Positions 51,316 to 61,175 of a stretch of DNA of 64,000 bases are shown piece after piece. Within the stretch, counting starts at the first letter, position 1, and each line of letters begins with the position of its first letter. The notes under the pieces are model-generated. The model was not told the DNA's origin, did no database searches, and saw only the letters and a list, made by a program, of their open reading frames with translations. Where the stretch lies: NCBI GenBank assembly GCA_965214775.1, contig OZ243974.1, positions 2,208,001-2,272,000 of the forward strand, read 5' to 3'. Position numbers and translations under genes: made by a program. The DNA is from Nitrosopumilus sp. Its GTDB lineage: Archaea; Thermoproteota; Nitrososphaeria; Nitrososphaerales; Nitrosopumilaceae.

Positions 51316-52332
51316 TCACTCTGCTGCCAGATGGATTAGATCGCCTGCAATTACTCTTAAACTGCCCTTTTTATTAGAAATGACCAGACTGCCGTCATCA
51401 TCAATTCTTTGTGCCCTGCCCCTGACTCTTCCATTGTTTGGGGTGTTGATTTCTACCTCTTTTCCTATGGTTGATGATCTTTTTGTCCATTCTGAAATGA
51501 TCATCCCTGTTCTTTGTTCATGAAGCAAATTATAGATTTTCTCCAATTCTTGAAGAAATTCTCGGACTAGCTGTACGGGTTTTATTTTTTTATCCAAATC
51601 CCCAAGTGCGGCAACACCGTAAAAATTTGGCGTGTCCATGAGATTTTTCTCAATCTGTTTGGCAGCATCTGCATCAAAATTAATCCCTACCCCTAACACT
51701 AGATTCTCTATTTTATTTGATTGCAAGGATGCATCTACCAGCATTCCTGCTACTTTTTTGTCTTTGATTGTAAGATCATTTGGCCACTTTAGTTCTGGAG
51801 TTTTTCTGAAGACCTTTTCAATTGCATATGATAGTGCAAGTGACGATGCAATTGGAAATAACGTTGTAACGGAGACGTCAAATTTCGGGTGAAGGATTAC
51901 TGACATCCAAATTCCGCCTTTTGGGGAAACCCATTTTCTTCCGGAGCGCCCCCTTCCTTCGGTTTGCCTTCCGGCAATAATTATGGCGCCGTTATTCTTT
52001 GCGTCTTTGGCCATTTTGAGCGCCTGGTTCTGAGTCGAATCAGTACTGTCAAAATAAAACGCTCTTTGGCCTATGATTTTGGTTTTTAATTCAGAGGTAA
52101 CCTCCCATGGAAGCGGCACTTGCGAATTTGAGGTCAGTCTGTAGCCTGACTTTTGCTTTGATTCAACTGTGTATCCTAATTCCTGAATTTTCTTGATGTG
52201 TTTCCATACGGCTACCCTGCTAATGTGCAAAACGTCGCTCAAATCTTGTCCTGAAAGGTATTCTGTGTTGTGTGCTTGAAGAAATGTTAGAACTTTGACT
52301 AATCCTGGCTTGTCAAATGAATTATAAATCAA
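51316..52332 (-). CDS. birA: Bifunctional biotin ligase/repressor
   Basis: HTH SGQDL..ISRVAVWK, DSTQ, GRGRSGRKW, KWPND, KVAG. Confidence 0.95.
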   Translation of the reverse strand: MIYNSFDKPGLVKVLTFLQAHNTEYLSGQDLSDVLHISRVAVWKHIKKIQELGYTVESKQKSGYRLTSNSQVPLPWEVTSELKTKIIGQRAFYFDSTDSTQNQALKMAKDAKNNGAIIIAGRQTEGRGRSGRKWVSPKGGIWMSVILHPKFDVSVTTLFPIASSLALSYAIEKVFRKTPELKWPNDLTIKDKKVAGMLVDASLQSNKIENLVLGVGINFDADAAKQIEKNLMDTPNFYGVAALGDLDKKIKPVQLVREFLQELEKIYNLLHEQRTGMIISEWTKRSSTIGKEVEINTPNNGRVRGRAQRIDDDGSLVISNKKGSLRVIAGDLIHLAAE

Positions 52333-52373
52333 CTATTATCTTTGCCGTTATCTGTCAAAGTATAAAACATGCT

Positions 52374-52883
52374 CTAGAATCCAATATCAAAGTCAAATCC
52401 GTCGCCACCGCCATCATCAAATGTCTCGCCATCAGCCCCGGCAGGAATATTGTCTGCCGCTGGTACATAATCGCCCATGGACGCACCCATCATTGAAAAC
52501 ATCATTGAAAACATCATCATATCCATGACTCCGAAGAACATCATCATTGGCAGAAATGATCTGTTGTTTTCCATCATGTCTTTCATCTTTTCCTTGTCTC
52601 CTGTTTTGTAAACTGCGGACATTTGATTCCATCGGGTTTGTAATTCGTGAACCTTCTTGTCTACTTCCTGGTTTCCCTTTTCAGTGGACCTTATCTCAAT
52701 TTTCTTGCCCATCCATCCCTTTTTCTCCTCAACTTTGATGAACTCTCTTTCTTCTAATTTTTCTAAAATTTCGTCCAGTTCTCTTGGATCTATATGGGTG
52801 ACTTTTTGAATCTTATCAAACTTTTTAACTCCGTTTTTGATAGCGCCTAAAACAATCAGCTCCTTTGGCTCTTTTTCTTCCAT
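52374..52883 (-). CDS. Winged-helix protein with Met-rich and acidic tail
   Basis: L..LE....I.....G wHTH pattern; MMMFFGVMDMMMFSMM. Confidence 0.7.
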   Translation of the reverse strand: MEEKEPKELIVLGAIKNGVKKFDKIQKVTHIDPRELDEILEKLEEREFIKVEEKKGWMGKKIEIRSTEKGNQEVDKKVHELQTRWNQMSAVYKTGDKEKMKDMMENNRSFLPMMMFFGVMDMMMFSMMFSMMGASMGDYVPAADNIPAGADGETFDDGGGDGFDFDIGF

Positions 52884-53044
52884 AAGGTCTATCACAATCA
52901 ATTCCTAAAATATGCTTTGCTATGTTCCGTCCTCAGTCCGTACGGGTTTATCCCTTAGGCGTTACTGCTGTCTGAAGCCTTTATGATCACGCCTGCCACG
53001 CCGTATCTCAGGCGAGGGGTAACTCCTACTTCAATCCGCTTTAT

Positions 53045-53860
53045 TGTACGAAAAGCCAGTCTGCCTAGGATCAGGAGAACAGTAGCAGACTAAGGCCGTA
53101 CCGATCACAAAAAACTGTCAAAAGAATGCTGACAGAAGAGTCACTGCAGTACCTGGCAAGACAGCACAAGAAAGGCGTCACGCCCTCCAAGGCAGCAAGT
53201 GATTTGAGCATCACGGCAAGGCATGCAGGCAGGCTGAGGCACAGTCATAATATGTACTTCCGTGCAGCATGTCGCATAATGAAAAAGAACGGCTTGGTGT
53301 CCCTGTCTGCGGTAAAACCAAAGAATAGGAGATGCGTCCACTACGAGTGCAAATACGCTGATGCAATGTGGCACATGAACTGGTACGAGCTGAAGGATCC
53401 ACGCCCAAAGGGGCTCAACCCAGTCACGCTTTTGGATGATTCCTCCATGACACACATCAAAAGTTGGAAGATAATTTTGAGATACTGTGCCTATTTTGGG
53501 ACAAAAACATTTGATTTTCAACCGTACGTACTGCTGGTGCATAGTGGCTGTGATGCGGACGCTTGCCCTGACCACATCCGAGAACGTGGTTGCCCCTCAG
53601 AGAGTTGATTCGAAATTGACAAACTCATTATTTGTGGACGAATTTGCACAGAACGGCTCAAAACGCCAACAAAATGCAAGTTATCTGTGAAATTACATGA
53701 AAAATTCGCACGGTTTCTAATTTCGGATCACCTCTCAGGGAGACCGTGGACAAATTTACCACGCCGGATATCCTGCTGTCTTACAACGGCAGTACTTCAA
53801 TGGAGGCTGCAGCAGTAAGAACATGCCACATGGGACGCGGTGGCCGACTCACTTTGTGGC
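53045..53860 (+). pseudogene. Decayed IS481 copy interrupted by MITE 7 (~53445-53535) and MITE 1 (53601-53735)
   Basis: End tgtacgaaaag; colinear with 42746-42000; residual WHMNW, LDDS, TSENV, LSYNG. Confidence 0.85.
53601..53735 (-). mobile_element. MITE family 1 copy with 3-bp TSD (CAG)
   Basis: Reverse complement of 2566-2702; cag at 53598-53600 and 53736-53738. Confidence 0.88.
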
Positions 53861-53875
53861 CTATCTGTTATACGG

Positions 53876-54032
53876 AGGGTTGATTCGAAATTAGCAGGTT
53901 TGGTTCATGTATAAACAAATTATTTGCATTAAATCGATTAAAACGCCTGCAGATGACGTTACCTGTATGTAAGTTACTTGACAGGTGTACAAAAAAACAC
54001 GGGAATCTGCAGTTCCTATCTTCGAATCCTCT
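53876..54032 (+). mobile_element. MITE family 1 variant (longer interior)
   Basis: End agggttgattcgaaattag; right half matches 60866-60948. Confidence 0.7.
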
Positions 54033-54176
54033 CCAAGTGCAGGTGGCAACAACATCCGGCGGATCTACTGCAGGCGATCTGTTGGAATTGCTTGTAACTT
54101 GGAGTCGGTTTGTGCGGAACTTTTGGAATACTTGCAATTCTTCAAAAATTATATTCTTCGTATTCTCATTTCATTC

Positions 54177-54590
54177 ATGGAAAACGATCCTCACCTGGAT
54201 GAAGAAATTCAAAAAATTCTAAACTTAAAAAAAATTGCAGTTGTGGGCATGTCAAAAAACTCCTCAAAGGCTGCCCAATATGTTCCAAAATACCTCTCAG
54301 AGAATGGCTATGACATCATGCCTGTAAACCCCACGGCAGATGAAATCTTGGGCAAAAAATCCTATTCATCGGTTTCAGAGATCGATGAGGAGATTGACAT
54401 TGTCAATGTCTTTCGGCCCTCAGATCAGGTATTGCCTGTAATTGAAGAGGCGATAAAAAAAAGACCCAAAGTAATCTGGCTTCAAGAAGGCATCCACAAC
54501 CCAGAAGCAGAGGAACTGGCAAAGAAGGCCGGAATTGGGGTTGTTTTTAACCGATGCATGCTAGCAGAACACCAGAGACTGGCAGGATAA
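54177..54590 (+). CDS. CoA-binding protein (YccU-like)
   Basis: IAVVG.S, PVNP, DIVNVFRP, WLQEG, NRC. Confidence 0.92.
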   Translation: MENDPHLDEEIQKILNLKKIAVVGMSKNSSKAAQYVPKYLSENGYDIMPVNPTADEILGKKSYSSVSEIDEEIDIVNVFRPSDQVLPVIEEAIKKRPKVIWLQEGIHNPEAEELAKKAGIGVVFNRCMLAEHQRLAG

Positions 54591-54595
54591 CGACG

Positions 54596-54961
54596 ATGAT
54601 GATGACTGAGTTTGAAAAATTTTATCAGGAACTAGTCGAGTTGGCTGCAAAATTTGAAAAGTCAAACCTTCCGCTAAAAATTGAAAAAGATCTTGATAAT
54701 GACATTGTCAAAATTTTTGGAGAAAAAATCACATCTTTGGCAAGAGCACAAAACGGATTAAACGACATGACTGAACTGGCCTATACTGCAGCTGAACATC
54801 ATCCGTACTGGAACTTGCTGTATAACATCTCAGAAATTGCATCTGTCGTGTTGGATAAATGGAGGGGGGGCTCTCTTTCTGAAGACGAGATTGGGGATAT
54901 TGACTGGGCAATACAAAAAATCAACCAAGCCCTGGAAAAAATCAAATCTGAAAATTCCTAG
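54596..54961 (+). CDS. Hypothetical protein
   Basis: Operon-like position; AEHHPYW. Confidence 0.7.
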   Translation: MMMTEFEKFYQELVELAAKFEKSNLPLKIEKDLDNDIVKIFGEKITSLARAQNGLNDMTELAYTAAEHHPYWNLLYNISEIASVVLDKWRGGSLSEDEIGDIDWAIQKINQALEKIKSENS

Positions 54962-54995
54962 GCAGAGATAAATATTCTACACGGACATCCCCATT

Positions 54996-56210
54996 ATGCC
55001 AATCAGGCTTGGATTAATTGGAAAAACCAATACGGGAAAAACGACATTCTACAATTCAGCCACGCTGTCCTCCGAAGAAATCTCATCATATCCCTTTACT
55101 ACTAAATCTGCTGTATCTGGAACAGCTCATGCAATTACGCTTTGTGTTCATCCGGAATTCAAAATTCAAGACAATCCAAACAACTCAAAATGCGTTGAAG
55201 GGTGGAGATACATTCCAATTGAATTGATTGATTTGCCCGGCTTGATTAAAGACGCGTGGAGGGGAAAGGGTCTTGGAAATCAATTCTTGTCCACTGCTGC
55301 CCAATCTGATGCCCTGTTACACGTCGTTGATGCATCGGGAGGAATAGATTCTGCGGGGAAAATAACCGAAACTGGAACCGGCGATCCCATATCTGATTTT
55401 GCAGATATCGAAGAAGAATTAATCATGTGGTATCACAAAATCCTGGAAGGGAACAGAGACAAGGTTTCAAAATTGATCCGTAGCGGCTCTGATATGGTTG
55501 ATGCAATAACTGACCTTTATCGTGGCATCGGTGTTGATAAAAATCATGTTAAGGAAACCCTTGCTACAACAAGTCTTGAAGGGAAAAATTTTGATGATTA
55601 TGACACGGTTGACAGCAAAAAATTTGCGTCTTGTTTGAGAAAAATTTCAAAACCAACGCTGATTGTCGCAAACAAGATTGATGTTCAAGGGGCTGACAAG
55701 AATTTTGCCAGATTAAGGGAACAACACAATGATTCCATTGTAATTCCTGTCAGCGGTGATAGCGAGTTTAGCCTGAGACGAGCAGAACAGAAAGGATTGA
55801 TTAAATATTCTCTGGGATCCGAACAGTTTGAAATTATAAAACCAGAAGAACTCAATGAAAAACAGGTTCAGGCCTTGGAGTTTATCAAAAAGGGAATAAT
55901 GGGCGAATACATGAGAACCGGCGTTCAATTTGCAATCAATGCGGCAGTTTTCAAACTGTTGAAAATGAACTCGATCTATCCGGTGGCCGATGAAGATAAT
56001 TTGGCTGACAAAAAGGGGCGAATTTTGCCTGATTTAATATTGCTCAAAGATGGCGCTACAATCAATGATCTTGCAAAAGAGATCCACACTGACTTGACAA
56101 GGGGACTGCTGTATGGCAAGGACTTGAGGTATAATCTTAGGCTGCCTGTTGACTACCGGCTAAGAGACAGGGATGTGATATCTCTTGTCAGTGCTTCCAA
56201 AAATAGCTAG
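54996..56210 (+). CDS. ychF: Obg-family YchF-like NTPase
   Basis: GKTNTGKTT, YPFTT, DLPGL, GLGNQFL, NKID, C-terminal TGS domain. Confidence 0.9.
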   Translation: MPIRLGLIGKTNTGKTTFYNSATLSSEEISSYPFTTKSAVSGTAHAITLCVHPEFKIQDNPNNSKCVEGWRYIPIELIDLPGLIKDAWRGKGLGNQFLSTAAQSDALLHVVDASGGIDSAGKITETGTGDPISDFADIEEELIMWYHKILEGNRDKVSKLIRSGSDMVDAITDLYRGIGVDKNHVKETLATTSLEGKNFDDYDTVDSKKFASCLRKISKPTLIVANKIDVQGADKNFARLREQHNDSIVIPVSGDSEFSLRRAEQKGLIKYSLGSEQFEIIKPEELNEKQVQALEFIKKGIMGEYMRTGVQFAINAAVFKLLKMNSIYPVADEDNLADKKGRILPDLILLKDGATINDLAKEIHTDLTRGLLYGKDLRYNLRLPVDYRLRDRDVISLVSASKNS

Positions 56211-56413
56211 GCCTTCTTTTTGCTTCTTGCCTTTGTTCTAAGCACTGCCCTGCAACACATGCATCTTGAATCGCATGTTGAGATGAAAATTCCGCAGAAT
56301 GTGCATCTTTTTTGCCCAATTTCATACCTGATTTTGTTAGGAACCGGCTCTGCCTTGTGCATCTGGCAAATTCCTTTACATGTTCTACCCAATAATCTCA
56401 CCTCCCATTTCAT
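56207..56413 (-). CDS. Small Cys-rich Zn-binding protein
   Basis: CKGIC...KRCTFC...RCMCC..LRTK. Confidence 0.7.
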   Translation of the reverse strand: MKWEVRLLGRTCKGICQMHKAEPVPNKIRYEIGQKRCTFCGIFISTCDSRCMCCRAVLRTKARSKKKA

Positions 56414-56458
56414 ACCTGATTTCCATTGTTCTGTACCTGATCGTGACTGCACTGATTC

Positions 56459-57310
56459 CTATGCTTTTCGTAAGAGTTTTGGGACCTCCTCTAACCCTAC
56501 ATTCACAACTGTTGTTCCCTCAAACTTGGCGGGTTTTTCAATCTGTATGGCATGTCCTCCTACCAACACCAAAGCCTGGCACTCTGACTTGATTTTACGT
56601 ACCAATCGCTGCCCTGCACCAATGTTGTCTGGCAATGTAATTGAAATTAAAATTACGTCTGGTTTGTTATTGTTGATGAAACTCAAAATATCTTCAGTGG
56701 GAACCGACGTTCCCATATTGTACACCGTGAATCCCTTAATTGACAGGTATGTTTCTAAAACATCGCATCCTAAATGATGTTCTTCTCCTAGCGGGACGCA
56801 AATCAAAACTTTCTTCTTCTTCATCTTTTTGCCTGTTCCTGCAACTTGATCCATGATTATTTTAACTAAAGTTTGCGCGACATTACTTGCAACATGTTCT
56901 GTGGCAATACTGATTTTTTGGCTTGCCCAATCGTCTCCAATCTTGTACATTGTTGGTTTTAGAATTTTATCAAAGAAGCTGGAGGCACTAAACAACCTGA
57001 CATATTCCTCATAAATTTTAATGCATTCTTGAATATTTCCGCCGGTTAGTTTTTTGTATAATTGCTGTCTTGATTTTTTCATTACACCCTCCTTCCTTTT
57101 GACGTCTTTTGGATTGTATGACGCTAAAACCGATGTTACTTTTGAATCGTTTCTGTATTCTTCTGGTATGTCCTCTTTTATTACTTGGGAAGCTTTTCCT
57201 AAATATTTGATAATTTCCTGCTTTGACGTGCTCTTTTTTGAATCCCAGACACTTTTAACTAAATAGAGATACTGGTCAGACTTTACTTTTTTAGCACGGA
57301 TGTAGACCAT
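56459..57310 (-). CDS. Cobalamin-binding domain protein (CarH-like cap and Rossmann domain) with basic N-terminal domain
   Basis: W-x9-EH (WASQKISIATEH), E-x-H-x-x-G (EEHHLG), ISIT, VGG. Confidence 0.88.
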   Translation of the reverse strand: MVYIRAKKVKSDQYLYLVKSVWDSKKSTSKQEIIKYLGKASQVIKEDIPEEYRNDSKVTSVLASYNPKDVKRKEGVMKKSRQQLYKKLTGGNIQECIKIYEEYVRLFSASSFFDKILKPTMYKIGDDWASQKISIATEHVASNVAQTLVKIIMDQVAGTGKKMKKKKVLICVPLGEEHHLGCDVLETYLSIKGFTVYNMGTSVPTEDILSFINNNKPDVILISITLPDNIGAGQRLVRKIKSECQALVLVGGHAIQIEKPAKFEGTTVVNVGLEEVPKLLRKA

Positions 57311-57632
57311 GCAATTTTTCTCTCTCATATGATATATAACTAATGCTAACTTTCTACTCTAGTGCTAAATTCGGCATAGCTTTGCTTGTCTGTATATCTG
57401 CCTACCTGCATGCCACCAGACAGTAAATTCATCGCCGGCCAGATAACATGGCTGAAAAACTATGCTCATGACGCAAACCAAAACGGAACTTTTCTATGTT
57501 TGCCTATCTGTTTGGCACTTGTTGCTGGCACTACGGAATTTGTTGGATATGGATCAGTTTCCTCCAGACGGGTTTTCCTCTACCGGCGATGTCGCAACTT
57601 TGTCTGCCTGCACGAGTTTGCATGCAACATGT

Positions 57633-57715
57633 TATAGCAACGCTCACAAATAATTGAGGTCTCTCACGGGCAATCTGACCCTGTTTTGACTCAAAGACTT
57701 CTGCTAGTTGCTATA
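57633..57715. mobile_element. MITE family 6 derived from the IS630 end
   Basis: TIR tatagcaac / gttgctata; first ~45 bp match 35871-35915. Confidence 0.8.
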
Positions 57716-57844
57716 TGCCGACGATCCAATCGGTGCGGTGACTCAAACGTGCAGTCTGCAACAGCTGATAAGCCACAATTTCAATATTGGCCATATTTTG
57801 TAACAAAAACTGTTCACTTTTAACTGGAGATGCCATGTGTCTGA

Positions 57845-57937
57845 TCAGATCTGGAATCTGTTTCTGATTTTAGGCACAGATTCTATCTTGATCGGCATTC
57901 ACTAGTACCAAAATTCCTGTCTGATCTTCCAGCGTGA
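57845..57937 (-). mobile_element. MITE family 2 copy (degenerate)
   Basis: Reverse complement is colinear with 29945-30039. Confidence 0.75.
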
Positions 57938-58197
57938 CCTGTTATGATGCTGTCTGCCTGTGTGTCTGCAGGCTCTAAAGGATAAAAACTCCAACAGCAT
58001 CTTGGTAAATTTTCTTCTAGAATACAACTAATCTATAAATTCACTGTCGTCAAAATCATAATCATCTTCATCAAAATATTCGATGAAATCAAACTCTTCA
58101 AATTTCATAATCTCTCTTTTCAAACAATGCACTTAGATCTTGGGTTGACGAAATACTGATGCCTATGATGTCTATAGAGACTATTCTGATTTTAGGC

Positions 58198-60065
58198 TCA
58201 GCCGTACATTGATTTTTCAGATGTTTCTTCTGATGGATTAGCTGTTGTAGACAACCCGCTAAAATTAGAGCGAAGAATTTTTTGAACATGTCCTGAAACT
58301 CTTGCAACATTATCCCACGTGTCATGAAATGAAATCCTGTCTACTCTCTGCTCGTCAACATGTGAAAAAATCGCCAAGCCTATTATCAGTAGACGGAAAT
58401 GTACCCCCTTTAAATACGTCTGACAGACGACAGCGTAAAAAAATCTACCAAAAATGTAAACAAATCTAGATCACACAGATCAACTGTAAGGCGCCCCTAC
58501 CCGCTATAGTGATTGGACAAAATAGCGGGCAAAAGCACCGCATCAACATGGGCAACAGGGTGCTTAATACCTTGGCAAACATCATAGGCGGCGGGGGCGA
58601 GATCAAGTTCTCCAAGCAGCATAACGCGCTATACGGACTGTCACAGTTTGTGATGATCCTGGCATCCATGTGCAAATCAGGCCAGACTGCAACAGAGAGC
58701 GTGATAGAGTTTGAAGACAGCGAGAACCTGCCCACTGCCAGGTGGTTTCACGGAATGGTCCGAACCGCAGGCCTTGACGGAATAAGACAGATTTGCGATG
58801 ACCTGATGGATATTGCAATCAAGGCCGCCAAAAAGGGCGGCATTCACAGTAACGGCCCCGTCATGATTGCAATAGACAAGCACGAGATACCGCGGTATGA
58901 CAAGGACAACATGAAGTATCTGATAAGATCAAAGCCCAAAAAGGGAACAAGCAAGTTCGAGGCGTATGCGACCATGCAGGCAGTCGACTCCCCTGTCAAT
59001 GCCACGCTCGGATGCATTCCGCTCACAAGGGAGGACTTTGACGCCGATTTCGTGCGTAAATTTGTGAATATTCTCAGGAAATCAAACATAATGTACCGGC
59101 TCTTTCTGCTGGACCGGGAGTTCTACTCAGTTGACATAATGACAGAGATGTATCGTGCAGGAAAAAAGTTCCTGATGCCTGCAATCAAGAATGCCACAGT
59201 AAAGAATGCAATAGAGGCGGCACACGCAGCAGGCAAGACAAAGGGGAGCTGCGTGTCTGATTTTACCATTACAAACCGCAAAGGCAAGACCGCATCATTT
59301 AACCTGGTCATCGTGCCGTCTGCCATGCACGGGCAGGAGGGCAAGACAGTAGTGGAACAGTACGTGGCATTTGCCACCAACCTCCCGTTCTCCAACGCAC
59401 TGCACGAGATCGATACTGCCTCACCGGACTACCGGAAGAGGTGGGGCATAGAGACAGGATACAGGCAGATAGAGCAGATACGGGCCAAGACCATAAGCAG
59501 GAACCAGGACATCAGGCTGCTTGTATTTTTTGTGTCTGTCTTTGTGTACAACATGTGGGCCATCGAGCGCAACAGGGACGACATATGGTGTGCGAGAAGG
59601 GATCTTACGTTATTGCGGGTTTCATGCGCGCTTCTCATGGCTGCTAGAAGGAATCTTGCAGAATACGGGTTTGCCGGCCCGCCACTGCCGCCGTAGGGTC
59701 GAGGTGGCCTTTGGGGGGTTACATTTCCGTCTACTGATTATACTCTCTTTGTCTTTAACCCACTGATGGCCTACTGAGCAAATTGTACAAATTTCACTTA
59801 TCTCCATTATTGCCTTGGAAAACGAAGGGTTTCCCACAACCAGTAATTTTGTATCTTTGGGAGTGAATCTCATATTTACATTCAAGTGAATCCTGTCACT
59901 CCTGTTTGCATTTTTGCTGACAATCACATTTGTTCCTACACGAAATTGCCATTCAACCACGTCACTTTTTTCTTTAACTTTGTCTGTCTGATCTTGATAA
60001 TTTATTCCGGTAACTTTGATGAATTCTTCTACAAGTTGTTTCATTTCTTCAGACGATTTTACCAT
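58198..60065 (-). pseudogene. DUF2299-like gene split by an ISH3-family IS
   Basis: Removing the IS and one TSD restores ...KDKESI-IGLAIFSHVD...KSMYG stop. Confidence 0.8.
58387..59736 (+). mobile_element. Intact ISH3-family IS (1350 bp); transposase at 58509-59696
   Basis: 17-bp perfect TIR cagtagacggaaatgta, 5-bp TSD attat; AIDKH, LDREFY, YRKRWGIETGYR. Confidence 0.95.
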
Positions 60066-60118
60066 GTATCAAAGTTAGAATGCCTACATATATTCATCAT
60101 GATTAAAGCAAAAGTTTG

Positions 60119-60253
60119 TTAGCAATGACCGCAACCACAAGAATCCTGTCCTGCACTGCCTGGGGATTCTTTTCCTGCACATCTGGAGCATTTGTCTTCT
60201 CCTCTTGGTGAGAAGAAACCGATACCACATGATACGCATTTTTGATTTGCCAT
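60119..60253 (-). CDS. 44-aa Cys-rich peptide (not in the ORF track)
   Basis: MANQKCVSCGIGFFSPRGEDKCSRCAGKESPGSAGQDSCGCGHC. Confidence 0.7.
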   Translation of the reverse strand: MANQKCVSCGIGFFSPRGEDKCSRCAGKESPGSAGQDSCGCGHC

Positions 60254-60321
60254 GAATCCCTCTCCAAGTTCGAGTATTTAATGAATTCGTCTTTTTGATG
60301 AAAAAGAAAGTTTTTTCTGAA

Positions 60322-60642
60322 TCATTCTTTTTTCTGAAAAACTCTGTACTCTCCAATGACTGAATTGCACTTGTGACATGTGTATTGGCCTCTCTCTACG
60401 AGTACCAGTCTGTCTGCAACATCTTCATTTGTCGCCTCCTCAACCTGAATTCTGGCAGGCCCGTCAAATTCTGAGTTGCATTCTTTGCAAAAATGTTTGA
60501 GCATCTTTGAGGCATCTATCTTTCCAAGTGATGCGAGAAAATGCTTGTCGATATTTGGCACGAGTTTTGATTTTACGACCTCCTCATCTGTAAGTTCTAC
60601 GTTTATCCAGCCTCCAGAGCCTACCAGTTGAATTTCTGTCAT
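60322..60642 (-). CDS. Hypothetical Zn-ribbon protein
   Basis: CKEC...CHKC. Confidence 0.75.
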   Translation of the reverse strand: MTEIQLVGSGGWINVELTDEEVVKSKLVPNIDKHFLASLGKIDASKMLKHFCKECNSEFDGPARIQVEEATNEDVADRLVLVERGQYTCHKCNSVIGEYRVFQKKE

Positions 60643-60865
60643 TATGCTGATTCCTTATGCTTGGCATTAAAATACCGTTGGCTTGGTTTATTCGCTACTG
60701 GGAAGTGATTTGAGATTGGCAAAACTTGATCATACATAATGACAAATTTACGTTATTATGGTGACGAGTGAATCTTTGATCGTCAAAAGGCGTCTTCCTG
60801 CGTAGTTTATGCCCATGTGTGCTCAAGAACTTTTAATCGCCGCTATAGATCGATCAGAATGCCCA

Positions 60866-60948
60866 CAAATGACAAGTTATCTGCATGTACTTGGCAAACG
60901 TACAAAAAAACCCGGGCATTTGCAGTTTCTAATTCCGGGTCAACCCCT
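60866..60948 (+). mobile_element. Partial MITE family 1 variant
   Basis: Matches 53950-54032; end ctaattccgggtcaacccc. Confidence 0.6.
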
Positions 60949-61175
60949 TGGGCATACATGTGCTGACTGGCCTATCCGGGCAGCGGGATCCCATCTGGCG
61001 CCGCAAGACGTCTCTGGCTCAACGATACAACATACAGGCACTTGTGAGAAAAAAATCAGAATCAAGGATAGTCCCTTTTGGGGTGAACTTCCAAACGTCC
61101 AATCAGAAAGTTTGATTCCTAATATGGAATTTTGCCTACCCGTAGATTTTTATCTAATTTCCATTGGATTTTTCC

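Noticed and set aside
52970-53030. IS200/IS605 right end or TnpB omega-RNA remnant
   Set aside because: Only a loose resemblance; no tnpA or tnpB sequence nearby
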